From: a virus
Taxonomy: Duplodnaviria; Caudoviricetes
DNA: 35,052 nucleotides
Strand: one strand, 5' to 3'
IMG/VR virus record: IMGVR_UViG_3300047283_000060
Coordinates: 1-35,052 of that record
Below, piece after piece: positions 26,793-34,811 of this stretch. The translations under genes were made by a program, and so were the position numbers. Numbering within the stretch: the first letter of the stretch is position 1; every line of letters starts with the position of its first letter. The notes below the pieces were generated by a model. The model was not told the DNA's origin. It did no database searches and worked only from the letters and a program-made list of their open reading frames with translations.

Positions 26793-28232
26793 TTAACTCC
26801 ACACCATATGTTCTTCGTCTTGCTCACCATTCATAATTTCTTCCCAACTTGGTCCGCCAGGATATAATGGACTCTCAGGCATATGCTCTAAGCCAGGCTG
26901 ATTCTGTCTAGTGTACTTGCTATCAGTATTCACGTACTCAGGAATACCTAATGTATTTTCGTGTTGTATAGGGAACAGATAGTGTATGCCATATCTTATG
27001 CAGTCACCTAAGCCGTCTATGTGTGCGTATCTACTCTCGGTATACTTTACTAACTTCTTACGACTGCCATCTTCAAAATGATACGTTTGCATTGCTTCTA
27101 ATAAGAATTTATCGTCTGGTTGAATTACTAAACCACCACGATTGATGAATGCATTGCTTGTGTTGTCTGTGTCAGTGATGAGAGGGTTACTCTTGCGTGT
27201 ATTGACAATCGTAAAGCCATACTTCTCTAATATTATTCTGTCTGTTACGCCAAAGGGACTTGTAGTATCTCTGTTCACTTGCGTGCCTGACATATCTATG
27301 ATGCTGTTTATTCTACGTTTAGGAAAGTCTTCACGAATGGCACTCGCAATACCTTCTGTACTGCAATCAGGTATCGCATAACTTTTTAGTATCTCTATCG
27401 TGCCATCTTTGTGCCCACTCTTTTTAACTTGAGCAACAGTGGCGCACATAACCCTTTTATTAAAATCGTGGAATGTATATAGATCGCCACCGTAATCTTT
27501 TACTTCACGTGTATATTTGTGTTTGTCCCACGTGTAAAAGAACGCATCACTAACAGATTCCCACTGACACATATAGTCTTGGTTAAACTTTAATGGACTG
27601 ATGATACGTTTCTGCTCATCAATAAACTCTTTGCTACCACTACGCATTTGCAGGTAGTTGTAATGACGTACAACATACTTCTCAGGGTTCTCTAATGCTA
27701 ATGTGAATAGATCGTGTAATGGTCCTGTGCCGTTAGGGGTTGATATCACAATCAATCTACCTTGCGTATCAGCTTGACCAACACGAGGACGCAAACGATT
27801 TGTTATCTCTTGCAGTGTATCTTGCGTATATAATGCGGCTTCGTCAGCTACCCAAACGCCTACGTTTAAGCCTCGTAGATTTTCACGTTGTTCTGCGCTT
27901 TTACAGCGTATGAATACGCCATTAGGAAACTTGATTGTCAGTTCACTGTTGTTAATATCTTTACCATCAACTAATCCAAAGTGATTGATACAACTATGCT
28001 TGAGAGGTTCCCAAATCAAACTCTTAATCATCTGTCCTGTTGGCGCACTATAGATTATATCTTTTCCTTTGTGAAAGCGAGGGTCACTTGCAAACAGTGG
28101 CAGTGCGATTGCCGCGAGGAATGTCTTACCACTACCAACAGGTACAATGTCTACACAATGTTTATCTGTGGATAACCAATCTGCGAGGATAGTTTTTTGC
28201 TCGCCATACAAAGGAATCTCTATGTTGTTCAT
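26793..28232 (-). CDS. terL: terminase large subunit
   Basis: Walker A PVGSGKT, Walker B VWVADEAA, LRGL motif, nuclease acidic residues HDFN and DGLGDCIRY. Confidence 0.95.
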   Translation of the reverse strand: MNNIEIPLYGEQKTILADWLSTDKHCVDIVPVGSGKTFLAAIALPLFASDPRFHKGKDIIYSAPTGQMIKSLIWEPLKHSCINHFGLVDGKDINNSELTIKFPNGVFIRCKSAEQRENLRGLNVGVWVADEAALYTQDTLQEITNRLRPRVGQADTQGRLIVISTPNGTGPLHDLFTLALENPEKYVVRHYNYLQMRSGSKEFIDEQKRIISPLKFNQDYMCQWESVSDAFFYTWDKHKYTREVKDYGGDLYTFHDFNKRVMCATVAQVKKSGHKDGTIEILKSYAIPDCSTEGIASAIREDFPKRRINSIIDMSGTQVNRDTTSPFGVTDRIILEKYGFTIVNTRKSNPLITDTDNTSNAFINRGGLVIQPDDKFLLEAMQTYHFEDGSRKKLVKYTESRYAHIDGLGDCIRYGIHYLFPIQHENTLGIPEYVNTDSKYTRQNQPGLEHMPESPLYPGGPSWEEIMNGEQDEEHMVWS

Positions 28233-28573
28233 TTAGTCGATATAATCTTTGGCAGATTGTTTTGCCAATCACTTAGTTCAACAGTGGGGAACGTAAAGTT
28301 ATTGTGCATACTCTGACCTAGTGTAGTCACATCTAATTCTTGCTTATCTGCAACGACCTTATTCAATATCATACTCTGATACTTCTGTAACAAATGTTTG
28401 TCATCGCCCATTCTAGCCATATGGTAATCTTCTGCAAAGCCTTCGGCAAAAGGCTTATCAGCGTTTTCTATTGCGGCTAATATTGTTTGGGCACTAAGCT
28501 TTTGTGTTGAACCCTTCTTGCGTCCACCACCAGGTCTTGCGCCGCCTCTGCCACTCTTTTTAACTTCATCCAT
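28229..28573 (-). CDS. terS: terminase small subunit (probable)
   Basis: GGARPGGGRKKGS motif; coupled directly upstream of terL. Confidence 0.75.
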   Translation of the reverse strand: MDEVKKSGRGGARPGGGRKKGSTQKLSAQTILAAIENADKPFAEGFAEDYHMARMGDDKHLLQKYQSMILNKVVADKQELDVTTLGQSMHNNFTFPTVELSDWQNNLPKIISTK

Positions 28574-28748
28574 TTAATCTCTCCTTAAGTAGTTCTGCTA
28601 CTTGATAATATCGATGCATCTTTGGCATCGAATCGTTTACTTTTTGTATCTCTAACACTTCTTCTAACGTACCTTTAGTTATGATATCTTCAATGGTACG
28701 AAAACGACTATCGCAATAGCAATAGCCTAAAAATACTTTACGATTCAT
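28566..28748 (-). CDS. hypothetical protein (60 aa)
   Basis: Overlap-coupled in the operon. Confidence 0.6.
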   Translation of the reverse strand: MNRKVFLGYCYCDSRFRTIEDIITKGTLEEVLEIQKVNDSMPKMHRYYQVAELLKERLNG

Positions 28749-28924
28749 TTGCCTAGTCGTGCTACAAATGCTTCTTCAAGTATTGCTAACTTAGGATGAT
28801 CCTTTGCATTGTCGTGTAATGTCTTACGCAAATCAGTAACGATCTCTACACTATCGTTACGAATCATTTGCAGATATACTCTGACTATGCCGGGGTTATT
28901 CAAGCGTTCACGTATTGTTAACAT
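28745..28924 (-). CDS. hypothetical protein (59 aa, below ORF-track cutoff)
   Basis: Hand translation MLTIRERLNNPGIVRVYLQMIR...EEAFVARLGK*; ATGA overlap with the next gene. Confidence 0.65.
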   Translation of the reverse strand: MLTIRERLNNPGIVRVYLQMIRNDSVEIVTDLRKTLHDNAKDHPKLAILEEAFVARLGK

Positions 28925-29069
28925 CTTTTTTCTTCCTTACGATTATTCGTTTTGGTTTTTGCGGTAACGTTACTGTAACCTGCGTACCGCTAGGTAGATC
29001 GGGCAATAGTATGTCGCCTTGTGGCTTTCTACCGAACGCTAACTTAATCTTGTCCCATATATTTTTCAT
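28908..29069 (-). CDS. hypothetical basic protein (53 aa, below cutoff)
   Basis: Hand translation MKNIWDKIKLAFGRKP...RKKKDVNNT*; ATGA overlap with 29066..29434. Confidence 0.6.
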   Translation of the reverse strand: MKNIWDKIKLAFGRKPQGDILLPDLPSGTQVTVTLPQKPKRIIVRKKKDVNNT

Positions 29070-29434
29070 ATATAAACCTTTTCGTAATCTTCTACATTAT
29101 CAGTTTCATCAAGACCATCCCAATAACTGCCATCACTCTTTAGTCGGTACTTCAATGAACCAAATACGCTGAGGAACTTTTGATTCTTTGCGCCCCATTG
29201 TTTAGTAAGCTCTGTGAACCTATCACTGCCTAGCATAATCTGTAGTTGCGTCTTGCAATCTTCTGGAGAAGGATTGATATCGTGCTTAGTATCTTTAAGC
29301 GTATGCATAAAGCTTATGCATTGGTCAATCTCGTACTCATTCATAAATGGCGACAGCTCTGTTACCATCTTGTCAAAGTTCTTTATGTGCCCTACATAAA
29401 AGGGCTTGTCAACTAATCCTTGAAACGTTGCCAT
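29066..29434 (-). CDS. hypothetical protein (122 aa)
   Basis: Coupled ORF in the operon. Confidence 0.7.
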   Translation of the reverse strand: MATFQGLVDKPFYVGHIKNFDKMVTELSPFMNEYEIDQCISFMHTLKDTKHDINPSPEDCKTQLQIMLGSDRFTELTKQWGAKNQKFLSVFGSLKYRLKSDGSYWDGLDETDNVEDYEKVYI

Positions 29435-29754
29435 CAGTGTATAATACTTTCTTGTGTTAAACCATCTAGTCTTTCGTTAACGTCAATGTTAATCTTACCT
29501 TTAAGCTCATCAGTTAAACCTGCTTTATATTCTTTTAAATAGTTCTCTTGCTGTAATGCACCTAGGAACTGATGTATAGTTCTTAAGCCTAATATCTTCA
29601 TCTCAAAGATTTGTCTATTGTCGTCACTAAGGTCGTCAACGTTCATATTCATCATTGCTTCTATAGACACCTCAATGTCTTTGACCAATGGATCGACAGT
29701 AACGACCAACTGCTCGTCATTATCTCTGTATAGTTTGTATGTATATTCAATCAT
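29434..29754 (-). CDS. hypothetical protein (106 aa)
   Basis: Coupled ORF; TAAATACA at 29774-29781 just upstream. Confidence 0.7.
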   Translation of the reverse strand: MIEYTYKLYRDNDEQLVVTVDPLVKDIEVSIEAMMNMNVDDLSDDNRQIFEMKILGLRTIHQFLGALQQENYLKEYKAGLTDELKGKINIDVNERLDGLTQESIIH

Positions 29755-29974
29755 TTGTTTGTTTCTTCTTATTTGTATTTAGTTCTTTGCAAGTGTTTGG
29801 ATGCTTAACTACTGTGGCTGCAAATTTAAGTGCAGTGTTACAGTGTTGACACTTCCAGGCCGCGAACTCCCATTCACGAAGCTTAACGTTATATTTTTGT
29901 ATAACGCTAATATTAATATCGCTAGGAAATTTGTTATGCTGAAGATGCAGTTGACGAGGATTGTATTTCATCAA
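29747..29974 (-). CDS. small C2HC zinc-finger protein
   Basis: C-x2-C-x12-H-x3-C (CQHCNTALKFAATVVKHPNTC) and a basic tail. Confidence 0.6.
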   Translation of the reverse strand: MMKYNPRQLHLQHNKFPSDINISVIQKYNVKLREWEFAAWKCQHCNTALKFAATVVKHPNTCKELNTNKKKQTND

Positions 29975-30302
29975 CTATATATCGTTCGGCCATTTCTAGT
30001 TCCTTGCGTCTGTACCAACTCTTACGCATATTGTCTTTATGCTCTTGACTTTTAGGCACGCCTAATTTTGCATCACGCATCTTTTGTTTTTGTTCAGGAC
30101 TTTTTGGTACGCCGAGACAAGCTCTACGCACACCTTCTGCAACGTTGCATAATGCTTCAGCACTATGTGGACCTGTGCCACGAATCCATTCTGTAAAGCC
30201 TTCATCAGCATTGGGAACAGTTTCATTCAGTTCAAAGCGTTTAATGTATTTGACATTGTTTTGATCGTAACGGTGATATCTCATATAACTTTTCGTTTTC
30301 AT
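29934..30302 (-). CDS. NUMOD3-repeat DNA-binding protein
   Basis: Tandem LGVPKSPEQKQKMRDAK/LGVPKSQEHKDNMRKS and a degenerate HSAEA unit; no nuclease motif. Confidence 0.7.
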   Translation of the reverse strand: MKTKSYMRYHRYDQNNVKYIKRFELNETVPNADEGFTEWIRGTGPHSAEALCNVAEGVRRACLGVPKSPEQKQKMRDAKLGVPKSQEHKDNMRKSWYRRKELEMAERYIVDEIQSSSTASSA

Positions 30303-30305
30303 ATA

Positions 30306-30313
30306 TGTATTTA
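30306..30313 (-). promoter_or_regulatory. late-promoter-like motif TAAATACA
   Basis: Immediately before ATG 30302; variant CAAATACATTATAG about 20 nt upstream. Confidence 0.5.
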
Positions 30314-30357
30314 AGTTTCTATAATGTATTTGAATTTTTTTGTTTGTTTTTCAGTCG

Positions 30358-30450
30358 TTAAGCAATTAAGCAGGGGGTCACACAAATATAAAAATATATA
30401 ATAATATACATTAAAATCTCGTTTGTGTGACCCCTTGCTTATTTGCTTAA
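30358..30450. other. candidate replication origin (29-bp inverted repeat around AT-rich core)
   Basis: Arms 30358-30386 and 30422-30450 match 27/29; 35-bp mostly A/T spacer; TAAGCA repeats; adjacent to the helicase-like gene. Confidence 0.65.
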
Positions 30451-30543
30451 TGTACCCCTAATTTGAGCTATTTCTGCGCTGTTTATAGCTAGAATGCACT
30501 TTATGTATAAGCAAATAACTATCTTAAGCACTTGCTTTAGCAC

Positions 30544-32025
30544 TCACTTTTGCTTAAGGCAAATAGAGACTTTTGTACCATTACGCACGATATCGATTAA
30601 GTCTCTAGACTCCAATTCCAATAAAACCTTATCTCTATCTGCTATGCTCATCTCTCTGTATTGATTAGGACCGAAATTATTCAGTATTGCTTTTGTGACT
30701 TCACTGTTAAGATATTTTCTTACTAAGAAGTCGTGGACCTTTTTACTGCACTCAACAACTTCGTTGATTTTGATAGTACCATCAATCGTCAGGTTCATAC
30801 GTTGATCGATGAAGTAATACATTAGACCTACTGCACATTTGGCATCACGTTCGTCTACACAATCTTTCTTATCGAACAAACTGAGTACAGTAGCTAAACG
30901 AATGCAATGCTCATACGCACGACTGATAAAGTTGTGATACTCTACATATGTTTCATCATCCATCTTATCAACCATATCGTTGTAGAAGTCTTGCAATACA
31001 TATCTAGTGTTATCACTCATACACCAAGGATGCACATCAAGCACTAAGATGTTTTTATCTTTGGTTTCTTGCTGTATCAAACTCTTACGTATCGAGAATA
31101 AGTCTTTACCTTTAGGTTTATTTTGATTTGCATCAACTGACGCTAAAAGTTCGTAAACTCTGTCATTGAACGGTATTAAGTCGTCTACTGTCGTCTTCTT
31201 CTTCGATCTTCCGAGGTCACTGAAATCTGCTGTTTTCTTGCTTATTTTCTCACTTTGAGTGATAAGCATACGATTAGTGAAACCTTGATCCTTAAACTGA
31301 CTATTAACGAAAAAACCCGCTAACTGTTGCTGTAACATAAACAATGCAGTAGTTCGTTTGCCACTCGTAACGATATCTTCGATACCAGTAAGCTTATCGA
31401 TTTGCTCTCCACTCCATAATCTACTCAATGCAGATACAAGTTCTATGCTAGTGGTTGGGTCTTTGAATGCGTGACTGTTAAAAAACTCAGCCGCATCACT
31501 GTTAAAGATACCGAAATGTGGTACGCCTTTGAGTGCATTGAGAATACCATTCAATGTAAACTTACCAGCCATATAACGTGCTGTTCTTGGATACTTTGGC
31601 TTTTCTATTCTAGTGAATGGTGTAAGTGGTGCAGTCATTCCTGGAATAACAAGTGGATTGATTTTCTCTTTTGCTTTGTCTTTGATTGCACTCTCATACT
31701 TTTTAATATCAATTTGATATTGAGTTTCTGCATCTTCTGCTGTTTCACGTTGCTCAAGTTCAAAACGTCTTGCGCCTTCTAACACACTGTCGCTGATACT
31801 TGTTTTCAGTCCGCCTGAAGGTACTAACACACAGAAGTAGTTACTGATGGCACACTTTTCCCACATCTCTGGATTGCCATCACTTAATCCTTGAGTAGCA
31901 AAACTAGCTACTGCTAATGTGACTGGTAAGGTAATCTCGTCAGTTGCATTAGTTGTTTCAGTCAGTGCAGTCATTGTGTTTTTGATAATGTCGGGAAGTA
32001 GTTCCCTGATTTGTTTGTCTAGCAT
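30544..32025 (-). CDS. DUF3987/YfjI-family P-loop helicase-like replication protein
   Basis: LPVTLAVASFATQG, Walker-A-like PSGGLKTS, LSRLWSGE, GFTNRMLI, EHCIRLA; winged-helix-like C-terminus. Confidence 0.8.
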   Translation of the reverse strand: MLDKQIRELLPDIIKNTMTALTETTNATDEITLPVTLAVASFATQGLSDGNPEMWEKCAISNYFCVLVPSGGLKTSISDSVLEGARRFELEQRETAEDAETQYQIDIKKYESAIKDKAKEKINPLVIPGMTAPLTPFTRIEKPKYPRTARYMAGKFTLNGILNALKGVPHFGIFNSDAAEFFNSHAFKDPTTSIELVSALSRLWSGEQIDKLTGIEDIVTSGKRTTALFMLQQQLAGFFVNSQFKDQGFTNRMLITQSEKISKKTADFSDLGRSKKKTTVDDLIPFNDRVYELLASVDANQNKPKGKDLFSIRKSLIQQETKDKNILVLDVHPWCMSDNTRYVLQDFYNDMVDKMDDETYVEYHNFISRAYEHCIRLATVLSLFDKKDCVDERDAKCAVGLMYYFIDQRMNLTIDGTIKINEVVECSKKVHDFLVRKYLNSEVTKAILNNFGPNQYREMSIADRDKVLLELESRDLIDIVRNGTKVSICLKQK

Positions 32026-32868
32026 TTAGCTCCTATTGAATTGTTTAATCAGTGATTTGACTGACTGTTGTTTTTTAAGACCACCACGATCTTTAATCAT
32101 TTTGATAACTGTGCCAATTGTTATCTTCTTACCATTGTTGCTACTACGATAAAACTTTCTATATTCACCCTCTTTGTTTTCTGGATAATGATACTTCATA
32201 ACAGCTATACCATCACTAGTACCTAACTCATTGCAGAACGCCCAAGTTACACGTATCCAAGTATCATAATCTAATGTTGGATAATAGTTCTTAAGTTGTT
32301 CTGCCAAGTCTGTGATTTCGTCATCATTCAGTTTTGGTCGTTCAGAGGGTTCTCTGTCATAGATTGGCATATCATCTAACAATAGTTCTAACCAATGACT
32401 TAGTATGTCGTCGGGTAGTTGTCTAAGTTGTGTAGTGCTAGGACTGTTGATCCAGAAGTATTGACGGCCGTCATTCAGTTTACTTGGTGGCATAACACTT
32501 TGTCCGCCCCAACGAAACTCTAAACTGTTTGTAACTTTGCGTTTAAGCACATCCCAATATTCACTAGGTATAGTGAATGCCGCTTGACAGCGATACTCTT
32601 TACCACTAGACCACATAATCGTATTGAGACTATCTATAGGATGTTGTGGAAACGTTTGTGTCCAGTAATCAATAGCTTGCTCACCATCAAAGTCAATAGC
32701 ACACGTACCATTACTATGTTGTCCAAGTTGCAGTCCTATGTTATTAGATACAACTTGACTAAGATGTAGTGGAGTGTTCTGCCAGTTATTAGGATATGGT
32801 TTCTTATCGCCATTAGTGACGTTAGTATAACGCCAATCAGTCATTAAGCTTAGTTCATAATCCGTCAT
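32026..32868 (-). CDS. bifunctional primase-polymerase (Prim-Pol) with PriCT-like domain
   Basis: KKP..NWQ, NIGLQLG, AIDFDG, QSVMPPS; C-terminal YDTWIRV...ITIGTV. Confidence 0.85.
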   Translation of the reverse strand: MTDYELSLMTDWRYTNVTNGDKKPYPNNWQNTPLHLSQVVSNNIGLQLGQHSNGTCAIDFDGEQAIDYWTQTFPQHPIDSLNTIMWSSGKEYRCQAAFTIPSEYWDVLKRKVTNSLEFRWGGQSVMPPSKLNDGRQYFWINSPSTTQLRQLPDDILSHWLELLLDDMPIYDREPSERPKLNDDEITDLAEQLKNYYPTLDYDTWIRVTWAFCNELGTSDGIAVMKYHYPENKEGEYRKFYRSSNNGKKITIGTVIKMIKDRGGLKKQQSVKSLIKQFNRS

Positions 32869-33031
32869 CGCCCATTACTTTCATTTCTTCTGTGATAAGT
32901 TCCATTTGTCTGTACCATAAGTCACTCATCTTATCGTCCCTCAGTTCGATGTACATATCGTATTGTTCAGTTGCTCTCATTAGTTCTTGATGCAAACTCA
33001 TAATGTTATTCATTGATAAATCCTTATTCAT
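32855..33031 (-). CDS. hypothetical protein (~58 aa)
   Basis: Start moved to the ATG just after the upstream stop (TAATATG). Confidence 0.55.
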   Translation of the reverse strand: MNKDLSMNNIMSLHQELMRATEQYDMYIELRDDKMSDLWYRQMELITEEMKVMGDDGL

Positions 33032-33032
33032 A

Positions 33033-33455
33033 TTAGTGTTCAAAACTTCCATTTGGGTATTCATCATTCCACTCTTTATATTGACAGATGCGATAAACAT
33101 CTTCGTATAGTTCGTGAAACTCAATCAACACCTGTTCGTGATTTAGATGAGTGCAATCCAACACAACACAGTTGTTGATTGTGATGTATCTATTTTTGAC
33201 TTCTTCTAAGTATGCCTCATCTCTTACAAATAATGCGAGTACCAGTCGATTGTCTATATCGTCAAAGTACACCCATACTTTTATAAAATGTGTATTAGTT
33301 AGTTGTCCGTCACTTGTACCAACATTATTAAACTCTTCCCAATCGCTGTAATAGCGGCCAGGACTCGATTCAAAATATTCGGTAATAATGTCTCGGACCT
33401 TTTGTGGATACATTGGTCCGTATTTTAATATGTCATAGGTTTGTTTTTGTGTCAT
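33033..33455 (-). CDS. hypothetical protein (140 aa)
   Basis: ORF in the replication operon. Confidence 0.65.
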   Translation of the reverse strand: MTQKQTYDILKYGPMYPQKVRDIITEYFESSPGRYYSDWEEFNNVGTSDGQLTNTHFIKVWVYFDDIDNRLVLALFVRDEAYLEEVKNRYITINNCVVLDCTHLNHEQVLIEFHELYEDVYRICQYKEWNDEYPNGSFEH

Positions 33456-33660
33456 TTGTTAGTTGGTTGATGTAAGTTGTGTATGCTTCAGTTGTTGCTA
33501 AGTCATACACGCGGTCCTGTCCGGCGATATCTTCCAATCGCCAAAACGGAACAATGTCCGCTAACGCATAATAGAAGTGCGCTTCGCTAAACTCGGTGAA
33601 GTTGTTTGCTACAACATACTTGTCAAGTAGTATTGTCTCAATGTTAGATAGTGTAGTCAT
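33433..33660 (-). CDS. hypothetical protein (75 aa), first gene of the leftward operon
   Basis: Follows the TATAAATA motif. Confidence 0.65.
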   Translation of the reverse strand: MTTLSNIETILLDKYVVANNFTEFSEAHFYYALADIVPFWRLEDIAGQDRVYDLATTEAYTTYINQLTNDTKTNL

Positions 33661-33675
33661 TTTATCTTTCTATAA

Positions 33676-33719
33676 TGTATTTATACAGTGTAGCATACAC
33701 TAAAAAGAAATAGCAACGT
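33676..33719 (-). promoter_or_regulatory. leftward promoter region: exact TATAAATA plus possible weak sigma70 promoter
   Basis: TATAAATA at 33678-33685; upstream TTGCTA-18 bp-TACACT with TGn. Confidence 0.6.
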
Positions 33720-33735
33720 TTTTGTGCAAAAAATA

Positions 33736-33753
33736 TTAGAGTCTAGACTCTAA
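33736..33753. repeat. perfect 18-bp palindrome between divergent promoters
   Basis: TTAGAGTCTAGACTCTAA equals its own reverse complement. Confidence 0.85.
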
Positions 33754-33761
33754 AATAGTTG

Positions 33762-33790
33762 TTGACAGTAAATACATTGTGTGCTATAGT
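33762..33790 (+). promoter_or_regulatory. sigma70 promoter (hairpin-less relative of the repeated element)
   Basis: TTGACA-17 bp-TATAGT with TGn; spacer begins GTAAATACA. Confidence 0.8.
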
Positions 33791-33850
33791 CAATATGTTT
33801 GCGTAATAATGCGTAGACATTTTGACATTATTATTATGAAAGAGTCTATT

Positions 33851-34192
33851 ATGACAGAAAAAGTATATAGAGTTGCGGGAATAGCGACAGATAAACGAGG
33901 TAATACCAGAGTTAGATATTCTAATGAGTTAGATAATCGTATTAAAGTATTAACTAGAGATAGTTTCACTAATATCAATCTAATAGAGTTAGATGATGAA
34001 TATGAGAAGTTTGAGATATGTCAGTTATTATTATCAGATAATCGATTTACTGATTATACTGATATTATTAATAATGAGTTAAATCGTCTTAATAGAATAT
34101 CTGACGATTATTCAGTTAAACTGCTCAAAAAACAGCGCAAGTTAGCACTTGCTAACATAAGTGCTACTGATATATTAGAACTAATCAAATAA
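33851..34192 (+). CDS. hypothetical phage protein (113 aa)
   Basis: MTEKVYRVAGIAT...VRYSN...RIKVL; start moved to an ATG downstream of the promoter. Confidence 0.75.
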   Translation: MTEKVYRVAGIATDKRGNTRVRYSNELDNRIKVLTRDSFTNINLIELDDEYEKFEICQLLLSDNRFTDYTDIINNELNRLNRISDDYSVKLLKKQRKLALANISATDILELIK

Positions 34193-34198
34193 GCAGTA

Positions 34199-34267
34199 TA
34201 GCACAGATTTGACAGTAAATCAAGTCTGTGCTACAATGTATTTTCTTTCAACAAAACGGAGTTTTTT
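34199..34267 (+). promoter_or_regulatory. repeated early promoter element, copy C
   Basis: TTGACA 34209-34214, TACAAT 34232-34237; arms TAGCACAGA/TCTGTGCTA; leader with GGAG SD. Confidence 0.85.
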
Positions 34268-34447
34268 ATGTTTTCTCAAAAATACTATGACGAAGCTACT
34301 ATTGAAGAACTTGCAATAGTTATTCGCAAACTTTCATATTCTATTGAAAATAATGCTGATGACTTAGACGAAGTTTATGATTATAGCAATAGTTTGTGTA
34401 ATATTGCTGATGCACTTCACAGAAAAATAACTGAGTTAGTGTTGTAA
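34268..34447 (+). CDS. small acidic early protein (59 aa, below cutoff)
   Basis: Hand translation MFSQKYYDEATIEEL...KITELVL*; GGAG SD; stop inside the palindrome. Confidence 0.75.
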   Translation: MFSQKYYDEATIEELAIVIRKLSYSIENNADDLDEVYDYSNSLCNIADALHRKITELVL

Positions 34448-34514
34448 TAATACAACAAAGCACAGATTTGACAGTAAATCAAGTCTGTGCTATAATATTT
34501 ACTTCTAAACAACT
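34440..34514 (+). promoter_or_regulatory. repeated early promoter element, copy D
   Basis: Palindrome 34440-34457; TTGACA 34468-34473; TATAAT 34491-34496. Confidence 0.88.
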
Positions 34515-34528
34515 TTAAGAGACTTTAT

Positions 34529-34807
34529 ATGAGAGTAACTTTTTCATATCACGCAATCGACAGAATGCGTACCAGAATGAATGTTCGCATTCGCACTACT
34601 GACAGCTTAGACATTTCTGATAGCTTTGTCGAAGTTCGTAAATATTTTCACACTAAGTATAAGTGCGAAGTGTCTAACTTTGTAAGCAAAGACGTTTCCC
34701 TCAAAACAGTGTTAGTAGTGAATAAGCAAAAACGTGAAGTTTTGACTGCTATGAATGACGGCGTTGTCGTTGATGACGCATTACGACAGTTAAGCAAAGT
34801 TCGCTAA
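34529..34807 (+). CDS. DUF4258/RelE-like fold small protein (tentative)
   Basis: N-terminal FSYHAIDRMRTR and C-terminal LVVN...VLTAM pattern. Confidence 0.5.
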   Translation: MRVTFSYHAIDRMRTRMNVRIRTTDSLDISDSFVEVRKYFHTKYKCEVSNFVSKDVSLKTVLVVNKQKREVLTAMNDGVVVDDALRQLSKVR

Positions 34808-34811
34808 ACTC

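Noticed and set aside
5056-33351. Numerous plus-strand ORFs antisense to structural and replication genes (e.g. 5219..5665, 8123..8887, 19664..20080)
   Set aside because: Shadow frames of biased or repetitive minus-strand genes, with no independent support
651-34514. True integron attC sites
   Set aside because: No RYYYAAC/GTTRRRY core pair and no tyrosine recombinase in the window; kept only as an analogy
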